From Octopus sinensis (taxonomy: Eukaryota), in NCBI RefSeq assembly GCF_006345805.1, contig NW_021833255.1:13718-77717 (forward strand): DNA of 64,000 bases, written 5' to 3'. Position 1 is the stretch's first letter, and the number at the start of each line of letters is the position of its first letter. The notes beneath the pieces are model-generated. The model did no database searches and was not told where the DNA came from. It saw nothing but the letters and a program-made list of their open reading frames with translations. Position numbers and translations under genes: made by a program. Below are positions 26,907 to 41,028 of the stretch, in pieces.

Positions 26907-28235
26907 TCGTTTTGCCTAGCTAGAACATGGGAGACCAAGATACATTCAGTAGTTGCGAATAACTATCCTTCTCATTTGTTTATTTTCTTTTAGTTTTGGT
27001 AATATTGGATGAAAATTTGAGTTAATTTCTAGTATTTGTTTTGTTTACTTTCTGAAAAAAATTTACGGTGACATATAATCTCTACTTTTCTTATAGCGAC
27101 CTCTTCGTTTTCATTGTTTTCAAAAAATAGAAATCGCTATGAAACCCCTTCCTTTCACTATCGTTTCTTTTTTCATTCTGTCTCTAGAATTATTTAGAAT
27201 TATATATGCTTATGCAATGTCGAATTATGTAAAATTATTTAATATTTCTTTCGTCCATAAACAGTTCCAAAAATGAAAATAAAATATTGTCATTTTTTTT
27301 ATATCAATTCCTGTCGATTTGGCACAGGAATGAGCATCCGGTGTTTGAAAATTCACAAAATTAATTCGTAACATGAACATACATTTAACATCTTGTTAGA
27401 CAAGAAAGACAACAACAACGAAAAAGGCTGTATTCCATTTATTGTCACAAATGTCTTTTGACACAAACAAGGCAAATGTTACGCATAGGGATTGCAAGGG
27501 TTTCGGATGGACATTACAGAATTATATTAAATCAAGAATACTTTTCTCCATTTGGCTTTATATGACTTCGTTTTGCCTATACCCAGAAATATTTTAATGA
27601 AGTGGAGCTGTCAGAAATATTTTGTTCCGAATAATCCGCGAAAAATATAGGATCATTTCGGAGATGTTACACTATTAATGGACGTGTTAAAAATACGATT
27701 CAAATTGAATACACCGTAAATGGGCAACTATATTAAATCACAGCATAATTAAAACATATATATTTACAAAAAAAGTGTACTAAACAAATAGACCAACAAA
27801 TCCACATATAGGTGACAGCGCAGCAGATCTTTAGGGCTGGAATATTTCACAAAATTAATCTCTTGCTACATCAATACACTTTTCTACTCTAGGCACAAGG
27901 CCTGAAATTTTTGGGGAAGGGGGCCAGTCAAAATCGGGTGCGGTGGGCATGGTACATCTCGGCCGATATATATTCAAAGAATAACTGTTTTTGTATCAAA
28001 GTTCATGTGAAATTATATTGCTATATGTATTCTTAAGGTGAGTTTCACATTTGTATTTTATATAAACATAGGCACAGGAGTGGCTGTGTAGTAAGTAGCT
28101 TGCATACCAACCACATGGTTCCAGGTTCAGTCCCACTACGGGCACCTTTGGCAAGTAAGTGTTTTCTACTGTAGCCTCGGGCCAACCAAAGCCATCTGAG
28201 TGGATCTGGTAGACGAAAACTGAAGAAGACTGTCG

Positions 28236-28266
<31 letters not shown>

Positions 28267-28838
28267 ATGTGTGTGTGTGAGTGTTTGTGTGTCTATATTT
28301 GTTCCCCCATCATCACCTGGCAACCGATGCTGGTGTGTTTACGTCCCCGTAACTTAGCGGTTCAGCAAAAGAAACCCATAGAATAAGTACTAGGCTTACA
28401 AAGAATAACTCCTGCGGTCCATTTGTTCGACTAAAGACGGTGCTCCAGCATGGCCGCAGTCAAATGGCTGAAACAAATAAAGGAGTAAAAAATTAAATAA
28501 GAGAAACGAGAAAGATGGAAGCACAGAAGGAAAAATAAGGACTCACATGCTACCCCGACCCTTTTGCATAGAAAAAGGTTTTAGTTTATACATTGTTGTA
28601 GATACTAAAAGTGGGTGTTTTTGAAATAGAGGCGGCACTATTCATTTTCGTCAACTGTGAGGACTGGAGCAACGTGAAATAAAGTACCTTGCTCAAGGAC
28701 ACAAACCCCGCCGGGGATCGAACTCACAACCTTAAGATCGTGAGCTGAATACCTCCCACCATTAAGACACGCGCCTTCACGTGGGTAAGGACGGGACGAG
28801 TTCGATTTCAGACCTCATCGATCAAGGATTACATAATA

Positions 28839-29003
28839 GGCGCGGGAGTGGCTGTGCGGTAAGTAACTTGCTTACCAACCACATGGTTCCGGGTTCAGTC
28901 CAACTGCGTGGCATCTTGGGCAAGTGTCTTCTGCTATAGCCTCGGACCGACCAAAGCCTTGTGAGTGGATTTGGTAGACGGAAATTGAAAGAAGCCCGTC
29001 GTA

Positions 29004-29062
<59 letters not shown>

Positions 29063-29278
29063 TTGTGTGTCTGTGTCTGTGTTTGTCCCCCTAGCATCGC
29101 TTGACAACCGATGCTGGTGTGTTTATGTCCCAGTAACTTAGCGGTTCGGCAAAAGAGACCGATAGAATAAGTACTGGGCTTACAAAGAATAAGTCCCGGG
29201 GTCGAGTTGCTCGACTAAAGGCGGTGCTCCAGCATGGCCGCAGTCAAATGACTGAAACAAGTAAAAGAGTAAAAGAGT
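28839..29278 (+). mobile_element. SINE family 1, full length
   Basis: Collinear with 19024-19437. Other copies: 1019-1168, 8942-9090, 28070-28490, 40165-40780, 41226-41890, 43350-43620, 54503-54566 (-). Confidence 0.85.
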
Positions 29279-29480
29279 ATTAAACAACGACGACGACTAT
29301 GATGACGGCGTCAACAATGTAAATACACAAGAAATAATTTACTCTTGTAGACATATTTACAGGCACGTAGAAGCAGAAAGTCATACAGCAAGCCATACGC
29401 CAATACATATGCATGTTCATGTTTGTCTGTCTGTCTGTCTGTCTTTCTCCTCCCCCCCTCTCTCTCTTTCAATATATATA

Positions 29481-29523
<43 letters not shown>

Positions 29524-29671
29524 ATAGATTTATACTAGTATAAAATACAATTATAACTATAATTTATACTATTTTATGCTATTATAAATCTATATAACTT
29601 TACCTAAATAGGTCGGTTTTATAGGTTGGCCACTGATAATAAGATATTCAACGATTTTATGTATATATATG

Positions 29672-29729
<58 letters not shown>

Positions 29730-29879
29730 GAAATTAAGTAACAAGATGGATTTGGTATTAAACCTAATCCTGTACCACGTTCGTTTCGACCGGTCCTACT
29801 CTCTCAACACAACTAACCGACTTATACATTTTAGTCCAAAATATTAATTACACACACACACACACACACACATACGCAC

Positions 29880-30144
29880 ACACATACATACATACATACA
29901 TACATACATACATACATACATACTTACATACATACGTACATACATACATACAAACATACATACATACATACATACATACATACATACATACGTACGTACA
30001 TACATACATACGTACATACATACATACATACATACATACATACATACATACATACATACATACATACATACATACATACATACATACATACATACGTACA
30101 TACATACATACATACATACATACATACATACATACGTACATACA

Positions 30145-30175
<31 letters not shown>
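29880..30175. repeat. (TACA)n microsatellite; representative of many (TA)n, (TCTA)n, (CA)n and (TAA)n tracts
   Basis: Read directly from the sequence. These tracts explain most low-complexity ORFs in the track. Confidence 0.95.
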
Positions 30176-30177
<2 letters not shown>

Positions 30178-31084
30178 TCACGTGTGTGTAGTGTGTATGT
30201 TTGTGCTCCATTTCCTGTATACTTACGCCGTCGTCGTTCTCTTCCCCAAGTTGATCCTCACCTGTAATGAGCTAATAACAAAATATATACCTTTCAATTG
30301 TTAATCGTCTTTAATATACATCCTCATAGAGGGTAGCTTTACAGAATTTGTTTCATTAAAGTGTTTACACTTTATGTAAAACCACAAAAATTTCATAGTG
30401 ACCTTATCAACTTTCCTGGTTACGTGCACATGTATTAATTACATTAAATTCTATGAAAGCTCAGATGACAATTTTAATTTATGCACTTGCCTACCTCCTA
30501 ATGCACTGGCCATGCTCTTTATTGCTATCAGAAATTTAATCTCATATGTAAGGTCATTCACTTTTGATCTAAAATTCTTTGCACTTACCCTCTGTGCATA
30601 TTGCACAATAAAGGTGACGGCTGCTGTTAGTTAACGTTGCTGTTTCGCGGGCAATGGTTGGCAAGTTTTTCTTCGTGAGAGAAGCCGGATGTATTTTGTT
30701 ATATACACTACCGTGAGAAATTAATTAGCACCCTTGATTTGCTCTTCACTCAAGTTCGCGTCACCTAGTGGCCATATCTCGAACTATTGCTTTGTTGCGA
30801 GTTCACTGTTGCGCAGAACGATGACGTACTTTGTTTGCAGAGCAGTTTGAGAGTCTACAAGCCTTATGATGTTGACATAGCAGTGCAACAACTTGGAGTG
30901 CGGATGCAGACAAATCTTCCTTTGTTTAATAGATATAGGTAGCGCCTCGCAAGGACCGAATTCACACCATACTAAGTTTTCTCATCGCGTAAGACGTTTT
31001 GAACAGCTCATAGGTTAATTGATTTAACCTATTTAATGTAGAAATTTGAGAAGTGCTAATTAATTTCTGACGCAAGTGTATATA

Positions 31085-31205
31085 TATTTTGGGTTGTCAG
31101 CGCCCAAAATTCTCGACGCCATCTTGGGGAATGCAGAGGGGCTAGTACGGGACCGCCAGCGATGGAGAGCAGTTGTAGACCTGGTCAGCTCTACGCATGA
31201 TGACA
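31085..31205 (+). mobile_element. Probable RTE-type LINE 3' fragment
   Basis: AEGLVRDRQRWRAVV resembles the DR..WR..V C-terminal motif of RTE ORFs. Confidence 0.45.
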
Positions 31206-31391
31206 CCCCTGGGACCACTAACATGGAATTATCCCAACCAGATTATGAAGCACAGCCAGTCACTGCCAAACTTAACATAATTTATTCGCCAAACTTAACA
31301 TAATTTATTCGCAACAAATTAGTGTGTGGATTTGTTATTTGTTGTTGGTTATTTTTTTTCTGCTGAAGGTGGAATCAATATTTTCTGTGTT

Positions 31392-31950
31392 TATTTTTGT
31401 TTCTCGGAGATTCATCATTTTTTTCCGCGTGTGCCTTTTGCACCGCATTACGAATTTTCTTGTTTATTTTTGTTTCTCAGAAATTCATCAAATTTTCCGC
31501 GTGTGCCTTTCGTACCGCGTTACGAATTTTTTTGTTTATTTTTTTCTGTTGTGCAATGTCTCTATTTTTGTTTCTCAGAAATTCATCAAATTTTCCGTGT
31601 GTGCTTTTTATACCGCTTTACAAATTTTCTTGTTTATTTTTGTTTCTCAGACATTCCTCAATTTTTCCGCGTGTGCCTTTTGCACCGCGTTACGAATTTT
31701 TTGTTTATTTTTGTTTCTCAGAAATTCTTCAATTTTTCCGCGTGTGTCTTTTGTACCGCGTTACGAATTTTCTTGTTTATATTTGTTTCTCAGACATTCC
31801 TCAATTTTTCCGCGTGTGCCTTTTGCACCGCGTTACGAATTTTCTTGTCTATTTTTGTTTTCTCAGAAATTCATCAATTTTTCCGTGTGTGTCTTTTGTA
31901 CCGCGTTACGAATTTTTTGTTTATTTTTTTCTGTTGTGCAATGTCTCTAG
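31392..31950. repeat. Minisatellite, 7 units of ~72 bp
   Basis: TCTC(A/G)G recurs at 31402, 31475, 31573, 31645, 31716, 31788 and 31861. The same ~25-bp insert follows units 2 and 7. Confidence 0.9.
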
Positions 31951-33519
31951 CAAATACTTGACTGAGATATGTGTTTTATTTTTAAGGCTACGACTACTAA
32001 TTCAAATCCGTCTTGCTACTGCCTAATAAAAGAAAGTGAATTCCTGAAATATGTTTAAAAGAATTAAACTGACCCCCATCCCTCACAAAATTGCAGAAAT
32101 GTCTTTTTACACTTACAAAAATATCAAAAACGATTTTCTTATTTTGGTAATAATTCCGTGCAATATGGCACAGAAAGAAGCATAACATTGGAAAATTCAC
32201 AGACTGTAATCCAGAATATGAACACACACAAAAAAAACAACAAAAAATATCAAGAACTACAACAACAACAATAGTGAAACCAACGCCTTCTTTTATTATT
32301 GTCATTTGGATTTTTTTTAAGCAAACATCGAAAACATTTGACATAGAGATTGTGTTGGAAAGTAGAACAAAAAAGATTTGTATTGTTTCTAGAGTAGTAA
32401 AAAAAAATAGTAGTTTTTAGGACAGAGGATAATCGGTCCCATCAAAGTTATAACTAGTTGGGTACTTTATTTTATCGACCCCGAAAGGAAGAAAGGCAAA
32501 TTTGAACTCAGATCATAAAATGTCGGAGAAAAGTTGACAAATAATTTTTATCGACGCTTGAATGATTCTGCGTTCGTCTCCTCGTTTTTATACGACATCG
32601 TCTTGACCATCTCTCAAATTGTGAGGTCAGTTTCAATTTAGAATCATAATACGCATCGGAAAGCAGAGAACTGTTCCGGATATGTTGTACAATAAATAAC
32701 TGAACATGAAGAAAATATGTGAACTACGCACACACTAAATCGATAATTATATAAAAGCAAAGCAAAACAATCGTTTCAAAAATGTACTAAGCAAATTGGG
32801 AAACCCACACGCATGCGCGCGCGTAGGTAGTAAAGTCCCATATTGCTTTAGCCCAATACCATGGGTAAGTTGGGCATAAATGTTGTAAAGTCATTTTTAA
32901 ACAAAATAAATATAAACAAAAAACCGATAAATCGTGGACACCGCTCCAAATAATACATAATATAAAATTCCTCGTCTTCAAATACAGAATTGTATAACGA
33001 TGATAATATATGACAAAGATAATAATAATTATTGTTATTAACACAATTCTCGAGGCTAGTGTGCCGGACAAAATGCTTAACGGCATTTCGTCCGTCTCTA
33101 CGTTCTGAGTTCAAATTTCGCCGAGTACTCAACTGGTTCTTATTTTATCGACCCTGATAGGATGAAAAGCAAAGTCAACCTCGGCAGAATTTGAACTCAG
33201 AACGCAAAGACGGACGCAGCATTGTGCTCGAGCGTGCTAACGATTCTGCCAGCTCACAGCATTTCTGTCTCTCAAAGATATTAAAAGAAAGTAAATAAGC
33301 AACATCTTCTGAGTTCATTTCGATTATAAGTAAAGTTTTGATTAAATGGCAAGATTTCAAACGAATTTTTTAAATGCCCTTGTTTGTGTTTAATATATTA
33401 GTTTTTCTAATATACTGACCTATACTGTGGAGCTTCCACGGGTGCCGCTAGTTTTGAAAGGATTTGTAAAATTATAGAAGATATTAATGTATACATTCTT
33501 GTGTGCTATTGCTAAGGTA

Positions 33520-33748
33520 TTCTGGCAGAATCGTTAGCATGCCGGGCGAAATGCTTAGCCGTATTTCGTCTACTGTTACGTTGTGAGTTCAAATTCCGCC
33601 GAGATCGACTTTGCCTTTCATCCTCTCGGGGTCGATTAACTAAGTACCAGTTACGCACTGGAGTCGATGTATTCGACTTAATACCTATGTCTGTCCTTGT
33701 TTGTCCTCTCTGTGTTTAGCCCCTTGTGGGTAATAAAGAAATAGGTAT
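33520..33748 (+). mobile_element. SINE family 2 overlapping the stop codon of copy D
   Basis: CTGGCAGAATCGTTAGC..GAGTTCAAATTCCGCC..CCCCTTGTGGGTAATAAAGAAATAGG. Other copies: 32420-32560 (-), 33060-33258, 40786-41018 (-), 42781-43290, 48217-48390, 62767-62960. Confidence 0.85.
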
Positions 33749-35203
33749 TAAGTTAACATTCGCTGTTTTGGAATTTTCAAGCGATTCAGTTCCCTCTATA
33801 CGCGCCCAATCTTGGACTTCTCCTCTTGCTAATATCGCAAACAATATTGCACCAGCTACACATACAGCAGCAAACAAGGCTAACACGATCTGCCATTCTT
33901 CTAGTGTACCATTTGGAGTGAGAGCTTTTGCAGACACCGTACTAATACTGCCGGCTGCTGTTCCAAAAGCGTTGGCAATTCCAAATACAACGCCTGCATA
34001 ATTTGGGGCAATGTCAATATTGTTGACGGTAACACCACCACTGGAAAAGGATAGAGTTATACCACTAAGAAACAACAGGATAATTATTAAAGTGTTTTTG
34101 CCACATCCGAGGAATCCTATCGCGATTAACAGACTTGCTGAACCTAACATAGAAAAAGTGTGGAATAAAACTCGAACAGAACGAGTTGACAGATATTTCT
34201 TTGAAAGTATAATATTTGCGCATTTTCCCCAAAACGGTAGAGCAATTATTTGCCCAACTGCAGTGACAGACGACATTAAACCGTTGGATGTTGTATTAAC
34301 GTTTAAAGCTTCTTTCACATAAAGAGGTAACAACACCTGGAAAGCTAGAGTAGTCCAACAATAAGCAAACCAACCAAAAATGATGGCCCAAACTGCAGGT
34401 GAAGAGAACAGCCGTTTCCAGGGTACATTTTTAACTACTTTTTCACTCACTATAGTTCTGCTTAAGTAAGAATATTCTTCTTCGCTGATAGTGGGATGGA
34501 CGTCTGGATTATCGTAAACTACATAAAACCACACACAACTAAAAACCAAACATATTCCACCAAATATGTAAAATATAGAACCCCATCCATTATCAAACCC
34601 ATACACACAAAGGTAACCTGATATCGAAAGACATAAAATACTACCTAAATACTGGGCGGCAAATATAATGGCAATCAATAAACTAATTTCTTGTGAAGGA
34701 GCCCAGCGTCCAAATAAGGACTGAAGTGCAGGATAGATCGGCCCCGATACCACACCTGTTAATATCCGTAGGACAAGAGTAAAGTAGCCACTAACTCGTG
34801 ATAAACTTGGGTGGAGAATGGTCAAAATTGATGATGAGAGAAATGAAGCCCCCAGAACTCTTTTCCCACCATATTTATCTGCCAATAAACCACCGACAAT
34901 GTTAGTCCCTATATATCCATAAAAGTAACCAGCTAGCATGTTTGATTGTAATTTGTCACTCCATTCAAACTCTCCTTCATAATTTCGATTTGATGAATAA
35001 TTATGCAATGCAGAACAACGATGTTCGTTTGCAGTAAAGCTAACTTCCTCAGTCGTACGATTGAGTGGTTTCAACATACAAACAAATGCCATGCTTAGAT
35101 TAACTCTTAATGTTTGCATCAAAAGACTAGCAGCAGCACAGGCATAACATAGTCTCCAACGACAAGAAGAATAACGCTTTATCCAGAGCGTAAATTGAGA
35201 CAT
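33716..35203 (-). CDS. SLC17/sialin-like transporter, copy D, intact single exon (~495 aa from ATG)
   Basis: Uninterrupted ORF with all SLC17 motifs. First ATG is at 35203; the track start at 35218 is TTG. Confidence 0.92.
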   Translation of the reverse strand: MSQFTLWIKRYSSCRWRLCYACAAASLLMQTLRVNLSMAFVCMLKPLNRTTEEVSFTANEHRCSALHNYSSNRNYEGEFEWSDKLQSNMLAGYFYGYIGTNIVGGLLADKYGGKRVLGASFLSSSILTILHPSLSRVSGYFTLVLRILTGVVSGPIYPALQSLFGRWAPSQEISLLIAIIFAAQYLGSILCLSISGYLCVYGFDNGWGSIFYIFGGICLVFSCVWFYVVYDNPDVHPTISEEEYSYLSRTIVSEKVVKNVPWKRLFSSPAVWAIIFGWFAYCWTTLAFQVLLPLYVKEALNVNTTSNGLMSSVTAVGQIIALPFWGKCANIILSKKYLSTRSVRVLFHTFSMLGSASLLIAIGFLGCGKNTLIIILLFLSGITLSFSSGGVTVNNIDIAPNYAGVVFGIANAFGTAAGSISTVSAKALTPNGTLEEWQIVLALFAAVCVAGAILFAILARGEVQDWARIEGTESLENSKTANVNLIPISLLPTRG

Positions 35204-35502
35204 TTTTGTTAACTTCAACTTCCAATTATTTTAAGAGATGTGTGATGTAATTTTTAAATATTGAATGAAACAGTAAAAGAGAGACACCGAAAATGAGCAA
35301 ACTATTACTTTCCTGTGCGCAGCTTCATTTCATAAAATTAATGATGGTTGTTTGGTCTCTAAAGTGCATATTTAACCAGATGAAATCTGATGTTCAAACC
35401 TTTTGATTAAGATATCTTAATGTCAATATATTTCAGAGTAGCTTGGTGCATTTCATTATCGATAAATATAGACATGTAAACCCGTAAGCTTAGTGTTAAT
35501 AT

Positions 35503-35592
<90 letters not shown>

Positions 35593-36540
35593 ATTATTAT
35601 TTGAGGGAATATAAATCCAAACTTATAGGGAAAATTTAGAAATACTAAATCAATTTACTTAATCATTGATATTTTATTGTTATTTTAATTTTAATATTTC
35701 TATTATATGTAATTTTTTAGATGCTGTAATTTAATTGTTCATTTTGAATTGATGAAAGTTTTTTTAATTATATATATATATATATTAGTTATCACTGATT
35801 TAGTAAACTACTTCGTTTATCTTTTACTATCCTTTATTTAACATCACGTTAAGGCAAAAATACAAACAAGAAATACAACGAATAAAAATGCAGAGTTTGA
35901 CAGTAAATTATAGAGAACGCAAATTCAGGAATTCTGTTACAATCTGTAAAGTTTGGGTCTGGAATTAATACCGTCACTTCCAAATCTTCTCTGTCTGCTG
36001 TAAATCTGAGACGTGACAGATACATAAGAAACAGTCGAAAAATATGTGGTAACCAACTAGTTTTTAAACGATATATGTTCAATTCCACAATTCCACTTAG
36101 TTCTTCGATGCATTCAGTTATACTCTGTGTTGCTTCAGTATAAATCTGTGGGGACATTTACAATGCAGTTTCTATTTAAGGTTGAGTCATTCCAAGTTAT
36201 TCATTCCTTGTATCAAAAATACGGCAGAAACTAAAGATCCAACTGTGGGAAACATTAGTTCAATGACAAATATCTTTGGGCAGAATTGGTTGGGTAATAA
36301 AGATTGTTGAGTATTCCTTTATGCATCTTTATGTTCTTACTTCTGGGAAGAATCAATTGATTGTGCATTCTCTGAAATGTGAGATCGTGTATCAATGAAG
36401 GAAATCAATATTAGTTAATAGGTTTAAAGACATACGAGATTTGCTCAAAAGTTCCTGGCTTTTGGTAAAAGAAAACACAGGAGGAACAGTTATGATTTTA
36501 TTCAACGAGATGTGATACCTCTAATAATTCTGATATTGCC

Positions 36541-38223
36541 ATGAGTTCAAGTGACTCCGCCCAAGTTACAAATTTGGTTGGTGCATACCTCCTTAAGTGT
36601 CTTAGTAGTGATCTCCCTGAACTGCAGGGTGGTCTTTATAGAGATGAAGTATTATTTATTACACCTAGAAATAGTAAGACTGTCATAGAAAGAATGAGGA
36701 AGAAAACCGGAAAATTCTTCAAAAACCTAGGGCCCACTTTCGAATATGACATGAAGATAATTAACTTCTTAGATGCTACATTAGAACTTAAATCTGGTTT
36801 GTATTATCCCTATAGAAAACCAAATGAAGTTACTAAGTATGTGAACAGATCCTCTAATCATCCCCCAAATGTATTAAAATCATTAGCAAAAGGAATTTCA
36901 AGGGGAATTACTTAATTATCGGCTAAAATTTATATTTAACTTATACTTCCACTACCATAACTCTGCTCTGTTTAAGGCGTGATACAATCAGGAGATCGCA
37001 TTCCTTAATTCAGAGAGCTTGATATCAGCTAAACGCATTAAAGAAAATGAAAATGTGAAAAATCACACTAGTTCATTTAATAAAATAGAATCTAAGGACA
37101 GAAAAATGTCTAGCATGTATAATAAGAGCGAGGATAAGAATGGGAAGAATGGAACCAATTCTAATAATAAAATAAATTCCGATAATGATAACGTAATTAA
37201 TAACCGAGCTAGAGGTTTGAGAAGTAGTAGAAGGACTAATTTGATCCGTTTTCATAAGCATAAGAACACTAAGGATAATGATAAGGTCTGGTTTAACCTG
37301 CCTTTCAATTGCGCAATCTCTACTCATATATATAGTAAATTTATCGCGATTTTGGAGAAATATTTCCAGCTTCACATAAGTATAGCAAACTATTCTTCAA
37401 TAGGAGAATCAGAGTTTCATATTCCACCCTCCTAAATCTAGGTACGATTATAGTCCACTTGAACAGAAGGAATATAAACTTAGCCCGCGAAATTGATAAT
37501 GATAATGGTAATAGTGGATTAACCCCTAATAATGATTCTAATAAATAGTAGATATGTAAGAATCAATAATACTATGGATAAAACTGAGGACCCACTCTCA
37601 GCTATTAACAATGCAGTCAACATAGATAGCAGAACTAATAAACCGCAGATGAAGCACCAAGTATCCTATGGTGGCATAACATCTGATGATATAATCCAAG
37701 GCAGTAGGGCTAATATAAATGTAAGTAATAATACCTATTATAACTCGAAAAATGGTGACATAAAATTTGATAATACTTCTATGAATTTGAGAGGTACCGC
37801 GAATGACGACACTATAAATGTTAATGATAGGGTAAGTAATGCTAGTAATAATATCCGCAGTTGCAATTGTAGAGAAGAAACCCAATGCCCATTATTGGGC
37901 CAGTGTTTAACTGAAAATGTCATATATAAATGTACAGTAATGACAGACACTAATAACCTCATTTACATCGAATGCTCTGTAAATATGAAAAAAAACTGTT
38001 GAATAACCATTTTTTGTTCTTTAGATTTAGCCATAAAGCCAGCAGTACCTCATTATCTACGAAAGACATTAATAATAAATTCAGCCTAAAATGGGATATA
38101 GTTCGTAGAGTTCAACCATACACAAATAACCGAAATGGTTGTGAACTATGTTGTAAGGAGATATATGAAATATTCAAATATAGAGATAAACAAAACCTAA
38201 TTAATAATCAATTAGATCTTTGA
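36541..38223 (+). mobile_element. Degenerate Penelope-like element (RT C-terminal half plus GIY-YIG region)
   Basis: SSDSAQVTNLVG, GLYRDE, INFLD, PYRKPN..YVN.SSNHPP, VWFNLPF, CNCREETQCPLLGQCLTENVIY, ELCCKE. Confidence 0.85.
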
Positions 38224-39034
38224 GTATGATGCGTTCATAGGATTATCCGTACCTAGAGATACTATAGAGGTAGATAATAGTGAGTATATCATACTATCAT
38301 TTGGTAGTATGAGTTGTCCAGGACATCATACAATTCATAACATACTCTCTATTATTTAGAAATCTATGTAGTACTTATTTCTATTAACCCTTAACTCCTT
38401 TCAATAATTATATTATATATTTACCCCTTCAATACTCCCAGTACTCTCTTCCTTTATAGTTAGTATAACAATTGAATTTACAATGGATTAATAAATCTTA
38501 CACTTCCCCTAAGTATAGGATATAACCCATAAGAACTGATATTATTCTACTTAGGTCAGTGTCGTTGATATATTTTAGAAATATTTTAGGAACCTATTTC
38601 CAAAGGTATCTTTATTTTTATTGTTTTCAATTAATAATTGATATATATATATATTTATTTTTACATGGTATCATAATAATATCACAACTAAGAATTCCTT
38701 TCAATACACCAATATAATTTATAATTTATACCATAATTTATAAAATAATCCTTATTTTATTTCATTTATTGTTTTATTTATTCTTACTTTTATCTCTGTT
38801 ATAACTTTCTTCATCATTCTGTAAGGAAATACCTTTTATATCATTCTAAGATTTTATAAAGTTTTATTAAAATTTTACATTTCTTATACATCATATTATT
38901 AAATTTTTATGTTGATTTATATAATATTTTTGTATGCTTTTGATGTTCTCATTTGTAAAATGAATAAATAACCCAGCATTATAATATCCGAAAGTTGATG
39001 AAAAAACCAAATTTTCTCTCCATTTTCTTATTTG

Positions 39035-39093
<59 letters not shown>

Positions 39094-39409
39094 TAAATTA
39101 GAGATAAAACCACTATTAGGCAAATCAAACAGTGAAAAACATAAGCCAATACATAAAATTAATTTTAAAATATAAAAGTTAAAAATAAAAAATTATTTTA
39201 ATCATTTAAACTTATAAATTTTACATATATATATACAAATATATATATATATATAATATATATATATATATATTATATATATATATATTATATATTATTA
39301 ATTAATTATTAATTAATTTAAAAAATTTTTTTATTAAAAAAAGTTTTTTAAATAAATATCAGAAGTATTAAAAGTTTAATAACATATATATAAGTATATA
39401 TATATATAT

Positions 39410-39467
<58 letters not shown>

Positions 39468-41028
39468 TATATATATACACATATATACCCCCTTATACAT
39501 TTGTGTAGCTTATAAAGCTTATAGAGAGTTTATAATCTCTTTTCATAACACTCATCGTATAATGCAATATCATATTTTATACTTATAATTAAACGTTGTG
39601 TTATTAATTTTTTATATTTGATATTTTTATACATTTAAATATCCTTTTATATACTTTCCTAGCTGTTGTAACACATAAATCATTTTTTGTAATGTCTTTT
39701 TATATAATTTACTGGATATGGAAATCCTTATTTTAGTATATTTTTAAATCATGCAACATTCATTAACTGTTTACCTGCCCAAAGCGGTTTAGTTATCCCT
39801 TCTACACTTAGTATGCCTCTAACTCAATTACCCTTTATATTGGATACCATATTTTACGATATCTTATACTTATCGTCCTGTAATTAAGTAAATAGTTCTT
39901 GTTATTGATTTGATATATACTATGTATATACCAAATATACTGAATTTAATTCAGTTATACTTATAACAACTTTGGGAGCTGTTATACGAGTTCTTTGTTA
40001 TTTTGTATCGATATGTGTGTGGGTGCGTGTACGTGTGTGTAAGTATGTGTATGTATTTGGTGAGTTTTAAATAAATAAGTAATTTTTATCCAAGTCCCGA
40101 CTACCCTCTTTTTCTTAATATACATGCATGCATATATAATTATATATGCAGATGTGTATATATAGGTGTGGTTGTGTGGTAAGAAGCTTGCTTCCCAACC
40201 ACTTGGTTCTGGGATCAGTCTCGCTGTGTAGCACTATGAGTATCTTCTGCTACAGCCTTGGGTCGACCAATGCCTTATGAATAGATTTCCATAGACGTAA
40301 ACGGAAAGAAGTTCATCGAATACCTAGATGATATGTCTATGTGTGGTGTCATTACAGGTAGGTTTGTGTTTGTCCCCCTCCCCACTGCTTGATGACCAGT
40401 GTTTGTGCGTTTACGTCTTCGTAACTTAGCGGTTCAGCAAAAGAAACTCATAAAATAAATAACAGGGTTAGGAAAAATAAGTACTAGGATCCGGTCATTC
40501 CATTTCCAAAAAGATGTATACACATCGTCGTATATATGTATATATGTATGTATGTGTGTGTGTTTGTGTGTCTGTGTTTGTCCCCCTAGCATTGCTTGAC
40601 AACCGATGCTGGTGTGTTTATGTCCCCGTTACTTAGCGGTTCGGCAAAAGAGACCGATAAAATAAGTACTGGGCTTACAAAAGAATAAGTCCCGGGGTCG
40701 AGTTGCTCGATTAAAGGCGGTGCTCCAGCATGGCCGCAGTCAAATGACTAAAACAAGTAAAAGAGGGAGAGTAAAAGAGTACATATTTCTTTACTACCCA
40801 CAAGGGGCTAAACATTGAGTGGACAAACAAGGACAGACAAAGGGATTAAGTCAGTTATATTGAACCCCAGTGCGTAACTGTTACTAATTTAATCGACCCC
40901 GAAAAGATGAAAGGCAAAGTCGACCTCGGTGGAATTTGAACTCAGAACATAACAGTAGACGAAATACCGCTAGATATTTCGGCCGGCGTGCTAACGATTC
41001 TGCCAGCTCGCCGCCCTAAGATGTTATA

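Noticed and set aside
29765-29812. Minus-strand GACCGGTC-GAAA-CGAACG hammerhead candidate
   Set aside because: No CUGANGA core, stem III is not palindromic, and the triplet ends in G.
30695-31000. Tc1-like element starting TACACTACCGTGAG
   Set aside because: No matching second TIR or transposase remnant was found.
31392-31950. CRISPR-like array, or 208-211-aa proteins
   Set aside because: Units are contiguous with no unique spacers, there are no cas genes, and the context is eukaryotic. The ORFs follow from repeat composition.
35204-35218. TTG/GTG-initiated N-terminal extensions of copies D, E and F
   Set aside because: Artefact of the alternative start codons used by the track. The ATGs align across paralogs.
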